Assembly: GCA_963765495.1 (NCBI GenBank)
Contig: CAVXWP010000001.1
Coordinates: 608,001 to 672,000 of the forward strand
DNA length: 64,000 nucleotides
Direction: 5' to 3'
Origin: Blastocatellia bacterium
GTDB lineage: Bacteria > Acidobacteriota > Blastocatellia > UBA7656
A program made the position numbers and the translations under genes. The notes under the pieces were generated by a model. That model saw only the letters and a list, made by a program, of their open reading frames with translations. It did no database searches and was not told where the DNA came from. Of the stretch, positions 1 to 11,853 are shown in pieces (position 1 is the stretch's first letter; each line of letters opens with the position of its first letter).

Positions 1-56
1 CGACACGCCACTCGATTTCCCCTTATTTACGTTTCACTTTGTAGAGCAAAGCTCGT

Positions 57-419
57 TCAGGCCGATGGAGACGCCTCGGCGGCTTTGAATGAGTCGAGGG
101 CTTCTTTCTCGCCTTCGTATGTGTCAAAGACGGTAATCAGTTTGGTTATGGTCAGCAAATCCTGAATGCGTTTGGTCAGGCTTACGAGCTTCAACTGTCC
201 TCCTTCGCGCTTGACGGTCGTATAGCTGCTGATGAGCGAGCCGAGCCCGGCCGAATCCAGATAGGTCACATCGCCCAGGTTTAGCAGTATCTGTCGCTGT
301 CCATCGGCCAGAAGGTCTCTGATTCGGTCTTTGATTTGAAGGTCGCCTTCGCCTAAGATGATCTTGCCCGATAAATCAAGCACGCTCACACCGTTGACGA
401 CCCTTTCTCTTATGTTCAT
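57..419 (-). CDS. STAS-domain anti-sigma factor antagonist (SpoIIAA/RsbV family)
   Basis: MNIRERVVNGVSVLDLSGKI...YLDSAGLGSL (phospho-Ser motif DSxG); AGGAG RBS upstream of ATG at 419. Confidence 0.93.
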   Translation of the reverse strand: MNIRERVVNGVSVLDLSGKIILGEGDLQIKDRIRDLLADGQRQILLNLGDVTYLDSAGLGSLISSYTTVKREGGQLKLVSLTKRIQDLLTITKLITVFDTYEGEKEALDSFKAAEASPSA

Positions 420-522
420 AGCGTTCTCCTCGTTAATGTTCTCTGAAGTCGTGAAATTATCATAGCGCGGCACATGAGTAAACCCCTTGTGAGTTGATCC
501 GTCGCATGCGTGGCCTATCAGC

Positions 523-788
523 CAGGGTCATTCAGTTTTCCAATATGTAGAAAGGGAAAAGGCGAATAGGCCGGGACGGACGCGTATGCGACGGATTTTC
601 GCGGATCTGACTCTATATGATTTAATCCGAGTAGGTCAGCTGCAATTCCCCGTCAGCGTGCTGCGGCTCCATTTCAACTCCCTCTTGCGCGATACCTGCA
701 GCTTGCTGCGAGGAGCTTAATTATTTTTTCCGCCTAAAATAATTCAAAGTTCTCCTTTTGTCCTCAACTCAAGAACTGAATGGCCCTG
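523..788. mobile_element. MITE-like element, copy 1 (15-bp TIRs, probable 9-bp target duplication)
   Basis: CAGGGTCATTCAGTT (523-537) and AACTGAATGGCCCTG (774-788) are 14/15 inverted; flanked by CCTATCAGC (514-522) and CCTATCAGG (789-797). Confidence 0.7.
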
Positions 789-856
789 CCTATCAGGGCA
801 TGTCTTTCCTTCAAATCCACCTCTGAAGATTATCGACGACGCTTGCCAAAAAAATC

Positions 857-896
857 GGCGCGACCGCTTCAAGAAATTTCTTGAAGCGGTCGCGCC
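857..896 (-). terminator. Intrinsic terminator after the C25 protease gene (probably bidirectional)
   Basis: Perfect 40-bp palindrome GGCGCGACCGCTTCAAGAAA/TTTCTTGAAGCGGTCGCGCC with A-run on the left and T-run on the right. Confidence 0.8.
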
Positions 897-933
897 TTTT
901 ATCAATCAGGCCGGATGATCGCAAGCAAAGCGA

Positions 934-3900
934 TCATCTCAGTTTTGTCGTAGGATCTCCGAGCAATACCCAGGTCCGGCGCACGTCCGGATCGGTTATC
1001 GCAGATTTCGCACGTCTCGTCGCTTCGCCGAGCGTCAATCCTTCGCCGCCGAACAAGCGCCGGTACGCTTCCTGATTCATCAGCCATTGATCGCCCGGTT
1101 GTGTAGTCCCTGTCGAAGCCCACACGGCTACTGCTCCTCCCTGTGTTGACTTCAACATAGACTCTGCAAGAGAGTCGACCGACGGGTCTTCAAAGTACCC
1201 GTTCAGACACGTCATGGTGATAAAGAGCGACAACTGATTTCTGTTTGTCAGCGCGCTTGCGTCTCCCGAGGTCAGGATATTGCCTCTCCACAGATTCAAC
1301 GATCCGTGACCTGTGTAGTTGACTATCTTTGCACCACGATTGATCGCGTCTATGATCTGGCCCCTCGTGGTCGCGTCGTCTGTGATACCCCGATCTATCT
1401 CTTCGACTCTGAGCGAGCCGGGGATCAGCGCCCTTAAGGCCGTGTTCATCTCCGCGAAGTTCATCCCATCGTTGCTGTCGGCCACAAGCACTACGCTGCT
1501 TCCCGCGCGGCTATTGTCATAGCCTACGATCTTGCCGACCATAATTGATGCTTCCTGCGCGGTTCTAAACGGCAATCGCCCAAGCGCCACGTTCGCTATC
1601 GCGTCACCATCCGGGTCCACGAGCGCATCGTCGCTTGCGGTCTCCATCAACGCCGTGTCTACAAGCTTCGTAGGCACGAGGTCTGTCACCCCGTATCCGA
1701 GATAGTCTCTCGGGTCGTAGCTTGCGTCTCCGGCAAGCAAGACGTGAGTCGGCTTCCGCTTCCAGCTTGTTATGGCGTAATTCAGGAAGTCTTCAACCGC
1801 CTGCGCGCTCTTGTTTCCGAAGTTGAACTCGTCATAGATGTCTTCGACCTTTATCACACCGACGGCCATCTTCTGGCTCTGCCTGAGCGCCTTCAACTGA
1901 TCAAGCGCCCCCGCGTACTGCTTCGGTGTGATTATCAGGAAATCGGCCCCGTTCGAGGTTTGTCTCAAGCTCGACGGTTCGTTTGCTTCGGCAGATGCCA
2001 CCTGCCTCACCTGATCGGAGGCATAGGCAAGCATGGTTCTCTGCCCCGATCCCTGCGCGAGCACCGTGATCGAGTAGCTGCCTTTTTGATTCACAACCGT
2101 CCCGCTCACTTCCTGTACAACGTTCGGGTCGGTCACATCCATTACTTTGATCTGGCTGCTCGTGAACCCGCCGATTGTCACCGTCTGTTTGGCATCGGCC
2201 GTCAGTCTGAGGGAGTTGTTTTCAGCCGCGTAGAGATGCCGATAGCTGATGCGTGTGTAATCGATAAGGTTCACATCGGTCCCGCCGTTGAGACTCAGCA
2301 GGCTTATGACATTGTCGCCGTCTCTCAACTGCGACTGCAAAACAGGAATCGAGAGTGTGCCCTCTTCCTGCCCGTTGAAGCTCAACTCGCCTACACTCAC
2401 TCCATTGAGTTGGATGCTCACCCGGTGCGGAACCTGCGTCACACCTTGCACGGCGACTTCAATCAATGCGTTTGATTCAACCGACCTATCCAACTGTCTG
2501 AGAGTCAACGTCTGATCCGCCGATGATGACGAGGTTATGACCGCGCCAAAGAAATTCTCTTTATCGCCGTTTCTAAGCGACGAGAAATAGATCGTGCGGT
2601 CACGGCGTTCGACCGTATAGCCGAATCCGCTCGGCCCGGCAACAAGCGTCTTGCCTGACGGTGCGGTAGCGATCCTCTTGCCTGCCGATGCGCCTTCGAC
2701 GAGCCAGTAGACCCGCGTGTCAGTTGAAGGCGTATCGAGCCCGAGTCCATAAAATTCGATTGAATCCGAGGCATCAAATCGCCCGTCACCTTCTCCGTTG
2801 ACCCGGATAGGCACTTCAACCCCGCCTACGAACAATTGCAGGTTGCGCGGGTTGACCGTCGAAGCAAGACCCGATTGCACGAGTTCAGGCTGAGTGACGC
2901 GATACCACGCTTCGTTCTTGACCGACAGTTTGACCGCTGGTTGAGCGGCAAGAGTCGATTGGAGACTGACAAGCGCCGGGTGACAACTGAGCCGGAGAGG
3001 CCGCGCGACGTAACGATGTCGAGCCGGTTCCAAGGCTGAGTTGAGAGGCGTGCTGTCCGAGCCTCGCAAGGAATGTGGCGCGGGATTCGGAGATGGATTT
3101 GCTTTGACTCGACGTGATGTCAATCGGACCATAGAAATTGGACCTGCCCTTGAGATCAACATCTTCGATCCAGTACCTGACACCCTTTCCACCCGATGAA
3201 GGAATATCGAGCCACGCGTAAGAAAGCCCCGCATTGAGCGCGGTGTCAGCGCCCGCAACCAGAGCCGATCCGGCGATCAGTTGAGGCGTTATGCGGACGC
3301 GCTGTCCGTTCTGCTCGCGGTACACATTGTAGCCGAGGTTCTGGACTTCGTTGGCCGTCTGCCACTCGATTGCAACGCGCCCGTCGTCGTAGCCCGTGGC
3401 TTTGGCCGTATCGAGTTTGACGGCGGTCGGCACGGTTATGATGATCAGGTTGTTGCCGGTCAGGCTCTGCCCGTCCGGGTTTATGATCGTCACATTTTGC
3501 GTGCCGGTAGAGGCGGCGGTCGTGTTGAGATTCAGCGTCACCGAGGTCGGGCTGTTATAGGTTACGCTGTTGACTATCACTCCGCCCGTTACGGTCGCGT
3601 CTATCCGGCAATTAAAGCCCGCGCCCGGATCATAGAAACCTGATCCGTTGACCACGGTGCCGGTGATCGTGACATTGAAAGGAAGTCTCATTCTGAGGGA
3701 CGGCAAACGGCGTGGACATAGAGGGAGTCGCCGGAGGCGGAGCCAGCAGCTTCACAGCCCTCACGCCATAAGTGTTTGTCCCGTTGCAGTATTCCTGAAT
3801 GGTCCATATCGTCATGTCGTCGCAGGGGTCGAGGCTCGTGTACGAGTAATCGCCCCAGCGGCGTCCGCCCCCCCCGCCCGGATCGCTCGGCGGATTGTAA

Positions 3901-5661
3901 GCCGTGCTGCTCGCGGTATAGCCCAGAAGCGTGGACCCGCCCGGTCCGTCTCTGAGCGTGCCGAGCGTATCGCCCGCGAGGCGGCCCGTCGTGAAGGCGT
4001 TTATGCGCTCGCTTGTTCCGGCGATGCTGCATCCGAGCGCCGCGTGCCCCTGCCCGGAAACCATTATAGAAGGTATCCAGTAGTTTCTCTGATTTGCGTC
4101 AACTATTCGCAGTATTGTCAAACAGCGTGCCCGATTGACGAACAGTGGGCGTAGTGGTCGAGGTTTTGAATCTCGTACCACCGCACAGCATTACGATTGC
4201 GAGGAGCGGTCGCTCCCACCTGTGGCATTTACGCCTGTATTATGGGCGGTCCACAGGCGACCGTTTCTCAGGTGTGCCGCGTACAATCTATCGTCGAGGC
4301 TATCGAGCCTGCCGTTGTTGCCGCCCGTGTTACCGAGATGCGGAACCAGCACAGAGGCGTTAGTGGTTGTAACGGTCAGTAGGATGTTCGCCGAAATCGT
4401 AGGCGTTCCACCGGGATTGGTGATGCGACGAAAATCCAATCGGCTGAAGAAGCGCCGCATCAACTCCTACGAAGTACCCCACCGCCGTAGGCCCCGTATT
4501 GTTCGGGTCGTAATTATCAACACCTCTGGGCGCAAACGGACCCGTAGAGCCGACTACCAGATTTGCAAATGTGGTGAATACGATTGGCCCGGCCCCGAGT
4601 ATCGAAGATTTTCTGATGACATACGCATTCGTATTTACGAAAGAGCCGGCCAACGAAAATTGATCGGTGCCGATATAAAGGGCATCCGCGTCTATGCCAA
4701 GCGACGGGTAATCGGCAAAATTGGTTGCGTCTGATTGAAACTGGAAGAAAGTCCAGACCGTGGCTCCCGTCAGTACGCTGTTGCTGCTCACAGCAAACAG
4801 TATGCGATTCGGCCTGGTCGTAGCGCCGGTTGTGCCGTTCAAGACAACGTCAATGATGGTCAGGAACCAGCGACCCGACAATCGGTCATAGCGCACATTC
4901 GGATCGGATGTAAATGCGACCTCGCCCACCCCCGGCGTGCTAATGACCGTGGCGAAAAAGACATCCGAGTCCACATTCAAAACACCATCGGCCACCCCTG
5001 TGTCCTTATTGAATGTCCGTATGCGACCGTTGAGGAATACGAGAAACTGCGACGGGCCGACAGCGCCCATCGTGTCGGGAGGAAAGGCTCCGGTCTCGGT
5101 CGGGCCGGTCGCGCCGTCAAAGGCGGTGCTCGGCGTCTGCGGGCCGGAGGGGAGAGGCGCTGCTTCGGGAGCGGATTTATCTACAGGGGGCCATTGCGGC
5201 GCGTCTATCGCTCCGGGCGCTTGCGGAAGGTTGCTTCTATCGGGGCCTTCCAACTCTCGCATAAGGCTTCGCGGATTGAACTTTTTGGCCGGAGTTGCGG
5301 CCTGTAAATCCATGATCTCGGCCGAGGTCTTTTGAATGCCTAAAGCGCCGTATTGCGGCGTGCCGACCATTTCGCCGATGCCTTCTCGCTGCTCGGATCG
5401 GTCGGCCTCTTTGGCCTCTTCCGATTCTTCCTTTTCAGATTTCTCGGTTGATTTGATTGATTTTGTTGATTTCGGGTCAACGCTCTTCTTGGCGGCAGGA
5501 GCTGCGCCCGATCCTTTTGATACCTTTTGAGCAGAGATAACGGCTGTAAAGGAGAGGGCCACAAACAAGCAAAGCAAAAAAGCTATAGACTTGCGGTTGG
5601 CCAATCTCGCCCGAGCAGCAATCGCTGAAGTGAATATGGAATAAAGCTCTCTTTTCTTCAT
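934..5661 (-). pseudogene. Large secreted C25 (gingipain-family) cysteine peptidase with N-terminal beta-rich cargo and Ig-like domains; broken by about 6 single-base frameshifts (pseudogene or sequencing error)
   Basis: ORFs 4360-5793, 4191-4463, 3630-4181, 2885-3706 and 934-3258 stitch into one protein: signal peptide, PPDTMGAVGP...RWGDYS domain, PTAVKL/WQTANEVQNLGYNVYR domain, C25 motifs VEDIYDEF, LGRLP, NYTGHG, MTC, LLGDP; GGAGG RBS before ATG at 5661. Confidence 0.8.
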
Positions 5662-6287
5662 AATTATTTTTCTGATCCTCCCTACTTTAAGTAACTTCCA
5701 GACGAGCCAACCGATTCGGTGAATAATCGACCTGCCGGAGTACAAGTGCGACGAACTGTTACAACTACCAAACCCTTTCACGTCAATTTCCACTGATAAA
5801 TTGTCAGGATGGCGAGGCGCCTGCTTGTATTATCTGAAAGACTCCGGCCCGCGCTGAACGATCCGAAAACAGCAAGTACAAGCTTTCCATTAAATTCGAT
5901 TGCTCTTGATAGCACTCGATTCCAGGTGCAATCGAACCTCTACGTTGTCATTAATAATACAGCTTGCCTGAAAAACGTCAGGGGCTGATGGCCAGATGGC
6001 TCAAGATGAAATCTAGTTCAAGACTTCAAGCAACTCAAAAAACCACAAAAGCCCCGATGCACGGCCTTGCACCGAAAAAGTTGAAATAGGCCAACCGCCC
6101 TGTTTTAAACCTGCTGGAACCCGAAAGACCTGGTTTCGCTCAAAGAGGCCGTTTGCGCGCGCTATTTTATTCTAAATCCGGGTTGATTGCAATAAGGATG
6201 GAAATGAAGAAACCATTGTGCATGATTTGCAATAATTGTAGAATACGGGCGAACCTCCTCAATACAGAGACGGTTCTTTCGTCAGTC

Positions 6288-6319
6288 ATGGCCGACCGGA
6301 GTCGCGACCGGTCGGCCAT
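6288..6319 (-). terminator. Hairpin downstream of the HEAT-repeat gene
   Basis: ATGGCCGACCGG-8 nt-CCGGTCGGCCAT, 12-bp perfect stem; U-tract weak on the coding strand. Confidence 0.5.
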
Positions 6320-6350
6320 CTGTTTTCGGATACTCAGACTCTCACAAAGA

Positions 6351-7793
6351 TCAATTCGGGCTTGCCGAACGGCGCGGGCGAGTCTCCCTCTGCAACACTT
6401 CGTCGCGGGCGCGAGGCCGACCGCTCATACGCCACTCGATGCGTTTGATTGCGACCGTCGCCATATCGGACGTATCTGCGCCCGAAGTCCGCGCCACCGG
6501 CTCAAGTTCGCGCACCGTATCCTGGTTGCCTATCTGGCCGAGTATGTCAATCACCTTGCGCCGAACGGTCTTGTTGCTCGATCTGATGTAAGGGTAGAGG
6601 TCGGCAGGGTCGTTGCTCTCCAAGAGATACTCGCGCATCGTTTCTTCTTTATCGCTGTCGAGTTCGTTGACGATGTAGCGGATATTGGGGCGGCTGCCCA
6701 TCTTATAAATCGCCCAGTGCTGGGCCAGTTTCACATCGCTGTCGCGCTCGACAAGCACAAGGCGCGAAATCTGATCCATGTAGTGCGGGTCGGCTATGCG
6801 CGCAAGCCCTTCGAAGGCGTACTGACGGCGGTCGCCGTCCGGGTCGCCCATGTTCTCTACGAATATCTGTTCGGCCCTTTCGTCGCCTATGAGCGAGAGC
6901 GCCCACAGCGCCGCCTCGTCTCGCGGCGGCAAATAAGTAAACACTCCCTTCACCTTGCGCGTGACCCGCGAGAAGGTGTTTCTTTTCTGGGGACCGAGCC
7001 CGTAAACGGAAAGCAGAGGCTCGACGGCCGGGCGATATTTGAGCGCGCCGGCCGCATACATCGCCTGCGTGCGAACCTTCTGATCCGAATCGCGGAAGAA
7101 GGGAATAAGGTATTGTCCTGCCGCCGGGTCTCCGATTTTTATAAAGGCTCGGATTACGTCTATGCGGACGTCCTGGTCGGCGTTGAGCGCGTCGGCCAGT
7201 TGAGGCAGCGCATTATAGCCGCGCAGAACGCCGAGCGCGCGAATGGCGGCTATGCGGACATCGCGCTCGTTATCCCCCCGGGCCGATTGGCCGAGCGCAT
7301 TTATGATCGAGGGATCAACCTGTATATAAGGCTCTATGATCTCGTGATCGCTCGTATCCAGAAAAGGATTGAAGCGATTCCATCCCGTGCGCCGGTTTGT
7401 GATGAAATCAATATCGTGTTCGGTGTAGAGGGCGACAAGGGCCTTGACCGCAGTTGAGCGCACATCCTTGTCGGAATCCTTGAGCGCGCCAAGCATCTCG
7501 GGGAGGGCCGAGAAATCCTTTATCAATCCGAGCGCCCAGACGGCTTCGGCGCGTACCTCGCGGTTGTCGTCTTTGCTTGCGGAGACGGCAAGCGCTTCGA
7601 CAACGAGTTGAGTGCGAAAACGGCGCTCGCCCAGTTTGTGCGCGGCATCGCGTCGAGTGTCGGCGTTGGGGCTTTTCAGATACGCAAGCAATGTTTCGAG
7701 TGATTGAGTCTCGCCGAGCGCAGGCACTGAAAGCGCCAGCGTCGCAAACGCGAGAATCAATAGACGCGCGTTTATCTTTGTTTTTGAAATCAT
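6351..7793 (-). CDS. Exported HEAT/PBS-lyase-like repeat protein
   Basis: Signal peptide, then repeated LxDxDxxVRxxAxxALG units; AGGAG RBS. Confidence 0.88.
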   Translation of the reverse strand: MISKTKINARLLILAFATLALSVPALGETQSLETLLAYLKSPNADTRRDAAHKLGERRFRTQLVVEALAVSASKDDNREVRAEAVWALGLIKDFSALPEMLGALKDSDKDVRSTAVKALVALYTEHDIDFITNRRTGWNRFNPFLDTSDHEIIEPYIQVDPSIINALGQSARGDNERDVRIAAIRALGVLRGYNALPQLADALNADQDVRIDVIRAFIKIGDPAAGQYLIPFFRDSDQKVRTQAMYAAGALKYRPAVEPLLSVYGLGPQKRNTFSRVTRKVKGVFTYLPPRDEAALWALSLIGDERAEQIFVENMGDPDGDRRQYAFEGLARIADPHYMDQISRLVLVERDSDVKLAQHWAIYKMGSRPNIRYIVNELDSDKEETMREYLLESNDPADLYPYIRSSNKTVRRKVIDILGQIGNQDTVRELEPVARTSGADTSDMATVAIKRIEWRMSGRPRARDEVLQRETRPRRSASPN

Positions 7794-8087
7794 GACAAAA
7801 CTCCTAGGAAGAGACTGCCGACCGGGGCTGAACCGAGGGCCGGTGGGGCTACAAGTGGGAACCTGTCTTTATCCACAGACATTGTTGTCCGCATAGCGAA
7901 TCAAAGTCAAGCTGTACGCTGCAAAATGGCTTGCCTGAAGCCACTCCAAAGAATCTCAGGCTTGATGATCAGCCTCCGGCTACAGTTGCCTGACGTGACG
8001 GGCAAAATACGAGATTTGTATGGTATCGAGCCATTAGATTTCAGATTTACATTTGAGATTCGAAACCTGAGACAGTCAGAGTCTGTG

Positions 8088-8103
8088 TGGAACGGTGATT
8101 GCC
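8088..8103 (+). promoter_or_regulatory. Candidate sigma-54 (-24/-12) promoter for the OmpA-family gene
   Basis: TGGAACG-GTGA-TTGC fits TGGCACG-N4-TTGC with exact spacing, about 150 bp upstream of the start. Confidence 0.45.
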
Positions 8104-8256
8104 CTTCTCCTAAAAACGGCGTTATCGGCGCGCGGAATTGTATTTGTTGAGTTCAGATACCCGCGTCAGAGTGTAGCGTTTTCGAGTGATTCAGAGCCAG
8201 GTTTTTATGAACGGGATGGTTTTGCATTTCAAACGATTTGAAGGAGGGAGAGGTTG

Positions 8257-9783
8257 ATGAGCATACGAAAATTAACTATAACTAGCGCGCTCGTGTTGAT
8301 AATGATTTCGGGGGCGGCTTTCGCTCAAAGGGGCGAAGTGATAACAGTGGGGCCGACCGCGCAGGTAGTGCCTATCCGGCATACGGTTCTCGCCGTCGAG
8401 TACCCTGAAAATAACGGCACCGAAGTCGATATGATCGGCACGACCCTTGCCCCGCGAGCCAGAGGCGAGGCCGAGGTAAAACGCAAAGAGGGTCGCACCC
8501 GTATAAAACTGAAGATGAAAGACCTGGGCCATCCTCAAGCCCTGGGCGGCTATTACACCACGTTTATCCTGTGGGCCATAGCTCCCGAAGGCCAGGCAGA
8601 CAATCTGGCCGAGTTGCAGATAAAGAATGAATTCGATGTAGAAGTGACCACAGCATTTCAGACTTTCGGCCTGTTGATAACCGCCGAGCCGCATTCCGCG
8701 GTCAAGTCTCCCAGCCCCGTCGTTGTGGCTGAGAACGCTCTGCAAAAAGACACCGAAGGCCGCATCAAAGTGAGCCGGATAGATTATCGCGGCAATGACG
8801 CGATTGTTTATCTCGTCTCTTCGACCGATGCTCCGGCATTGAGCGCCGATTACAGCACGCCGCTTGTCATACTCGGCGCGCGAAATTCGGTCGAGATAGC
8901 CCGCCGCGCAGGCGCTTCCCAGTACGCCGAAGATGAACTGAGACAGGCCGAGATAAAGCTCGCGGCCCTGGAGCAGTTATGGCCCGGAGAGCGCAAGGAC
9001 CTGGAGAAATATACGGGTATGGCCCACGATGTGATGCGATTGGGTGAGCAGGCCCGAGAGCTTACGGTCGAGCGAATTGCCGCTTCCCGCCTCGATGCCG
9101 AACGGCAGGAAGCCAGATCAACCATAGAGGCGGCGCAGACGGAAGCCGACCTGGCGCGCGACGAAGCCGCGCAGGCCAGACAGGAAGCCGACCAGTATCG
9201 CGAAGCGGTCGAAAAGGCAGAAAAAGAGATTGCCCTGGCGCACGAACGCGTAGACCAGGCCCAGACCGAAGCCGACCGCGCAAAGGCTAACGAAGAACTG
9301 GCGCGAACCGAGGCCGAGCGGGCTCGCATAGAAGCCGAGCACGCGAAACAGGACAAGGCCGAACTCGAACAGCGATTATATGTTTCGCTTTCCGAGATTC
9401 TGGAAACTCGCCGCGAAGCTCGCGGATTGATCGTGAGCCTGAGTGATGTCTTATTCGATTTTAACAAGGCATCGCTCAAACCCGGCGCTCGCGAAAAACT
9501 GAGCAAGCTGGCCGGGATACTGATTGCCTATCCGGGCAATTATCATATCGAGATCGAAGGCCACACCGACAGCATCGGAACGCCTGAGTATAATCGCAAG
9601 CTTTCGGAAGACCGCGCCGATTCGGTGCGTTATTACCTGACGCAGACCGGCATAGCCGCCGACCGCATAACCGGCACGCGAGGTCTTGGCGAAATGCAAC
9701 CCGTCGCCACAAACGACACGCCCGAAGGCAGACAGATGAACCGTCGCGTGGAGATCATCATCACCGACACAGACAATAAGTAA
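8257..9783 (+). CDS. OmpA-family peptidoglycan-binding protein with long coiled coil
   Basis: Signal peptide, Ala/Glu/Arg-rich coiled coil, C-terminal DVLFDF...IEGHTDS...NRKLSEDRA...NRRVEI. Confidence 0.93.
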   Translation: MSIRKLTITSALVLIMISGAAFAQRGEVITVGPTAQVVPIRHTVLAVEYPENNGTEVDMIGTTLAPRARGEAEVKRKEGRTRIKLKMKDLGHPQALGGYYTTFILWAIAPEGQADNLAELQIKNEFDVEVTTAFQTFGLLITAEPHSAVKSPSPVVVAENALQKDTEGRIKVSRIDYRGNDAIVYLVSSTDAPALSADYSTPLVILGARNSVEIARRAGASQYAEDELRQAEIKLAALEQLWPGERKDLEKYTGMAHDVMRLGEQARELTVERIAASRLDAERQEARSTIEAAQTEADLARDEAAQARQEADQYREAVEKAEKEIALAHERVDQAQTEADRAKANEELARTEAERARIEAEHAKQDKAELEQRLYVSLSEILETRREARGLIVSLSDVLFDFNKASLKPGAREKLSKLAGILIAYPGNYHIEIEGHTDSIGTPEYNRKLSEDRADSVRYYLTQTGIAADRITGTRGLGEMQPVATNDTPEGRQMNRRVEIIITDTDNK

Positions 9784-10002
9784 GCCGGTTGATGATTGGT
9801 AACCCTTGAGCGAGTGCCTTGATTCAAATCAGGGCCCTCGCTTTGTTCAATATTTGAACAATCGAGACTTCTCGGGCCAGGAGAGTGCTTTGGTAGCCAG
9901 TGGAAAAGCAAGCCGGCATCAGTCTGATATACATTCTGATACCGTATTGAGTTGAGACAATCAGAATAAATTTAAGCGACAACCTCGGATAGAGATAACC
10001 TG

Positions 10003-10287
10003 TTATACGCCGGCCGTCCGGCGCGACCCGGTGTAGAAGACATAAACCGGATCGTCCATGTCTCCCAGATGAATCGCGGACCAGACAAACCTCTCATCCG
10101 GGTCGTGAGTTATCACTTCGCCTGCGGCGGCAAAACCGTCCTCATCGGTCTCGGTGATAGCGATTGCAACCCACTGATTCGGATAGATGCGTTTGATCTC
10201 TCCAAGCGAACAGCTAACAACCCCACTACCAAACATTGTTGGATAACCTCCGGGCATACTGGGCATTTGACGTATTATCGGGAACAT
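10003..10287 (-). CDS. Small hypothetical protein (resembles DUF5678-like small domains)
   Basis: EIKRIYPNQWVAI...GEVITHDPD...VFYTG pattern; start codon uncertain. Confidence 0.6.
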   Translation of the reverse strand: MFPIIRQMPSMPGGYPTMFGSGVVSCSLGEIKRIYPNQWVAIAITETDEDGFAAAGEVITHDPDERFVWSAIHLGDMDDPVYVFYTGSRRTAGV

Positions 10288-10417
10288 CTGCTTAATCAAA
10301 TTCTTAAGGGGCTGTGGGGAAAAGCAAGCAGTGCAGGGGACGACCGCTCGCCTACATTGTAGCACTGGATGTCAAGCTCTGGAATTTAAAGAATCTGCTC
10401 GGCCAGGGAATGAAACA

Positions 10418-10481
10418 GCCACAGAGGCGCAAAGACACAGAGAAATAATTCATAAACTCTGTGGCTTTGCGCCTCTGTGGC
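10418..10481. repeat. REP-like palindrome (CACAGAG family) downstream of mdh
   Basis: 25-bp arms GCCACAGAGGCGCAAAGACACAGAG / CTCTGTGGCTTTGCGCCTCTGTGGC (24/25), AT-rich loop; related copy at 23577-23621. Confidence 0.75.
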
Positions 10482-10527
10482 AAAGCAAGGCGAGCACCGC
10501 TATCTAAATCATGCAGGCGGGCTTTTA

Positions 10528-11553
<1,026 letters not shown>

Positions 11554-11853
11554 CTAAGGAGTGCCAATCGTAAATCGACATGCGAGTGCATAAGACTGCG
11601 CGACTCCTGGATTTGAGATCTGAGATCTAAGGAGATTTGAAGTTTCAGTGCTTCTCTTTGAATCTGTGACCGCAAGCCTTGCACTTGTAAAACTGCCCCA
11701 CACGCTTCGGCGAGTAGGCGCGGGTCTTGCCGCAGTGAGGGCATTTCCTCTTAACACTTTTTATCGAGTCGAATATTACAGGCATCCAGATCGGGTTCAT
11801 AAATCCCTGCCTCCCCCGGTCATTTCAGCATATCACAATCCTCTGACTCGGAA

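Noticed and set aside
5810-5825. TGGCGAGGCGCCTGCT as a sigma-54 site
   Set aside because: Weak match and on the wrong strand for the adjacent gene.
6153-7457. 434-aa plus-strand ORF
   Set aside because: Antisense shadow of the HEAT-repeat gene with no motifs; the same applies to most short overlapping ORFs in the track.
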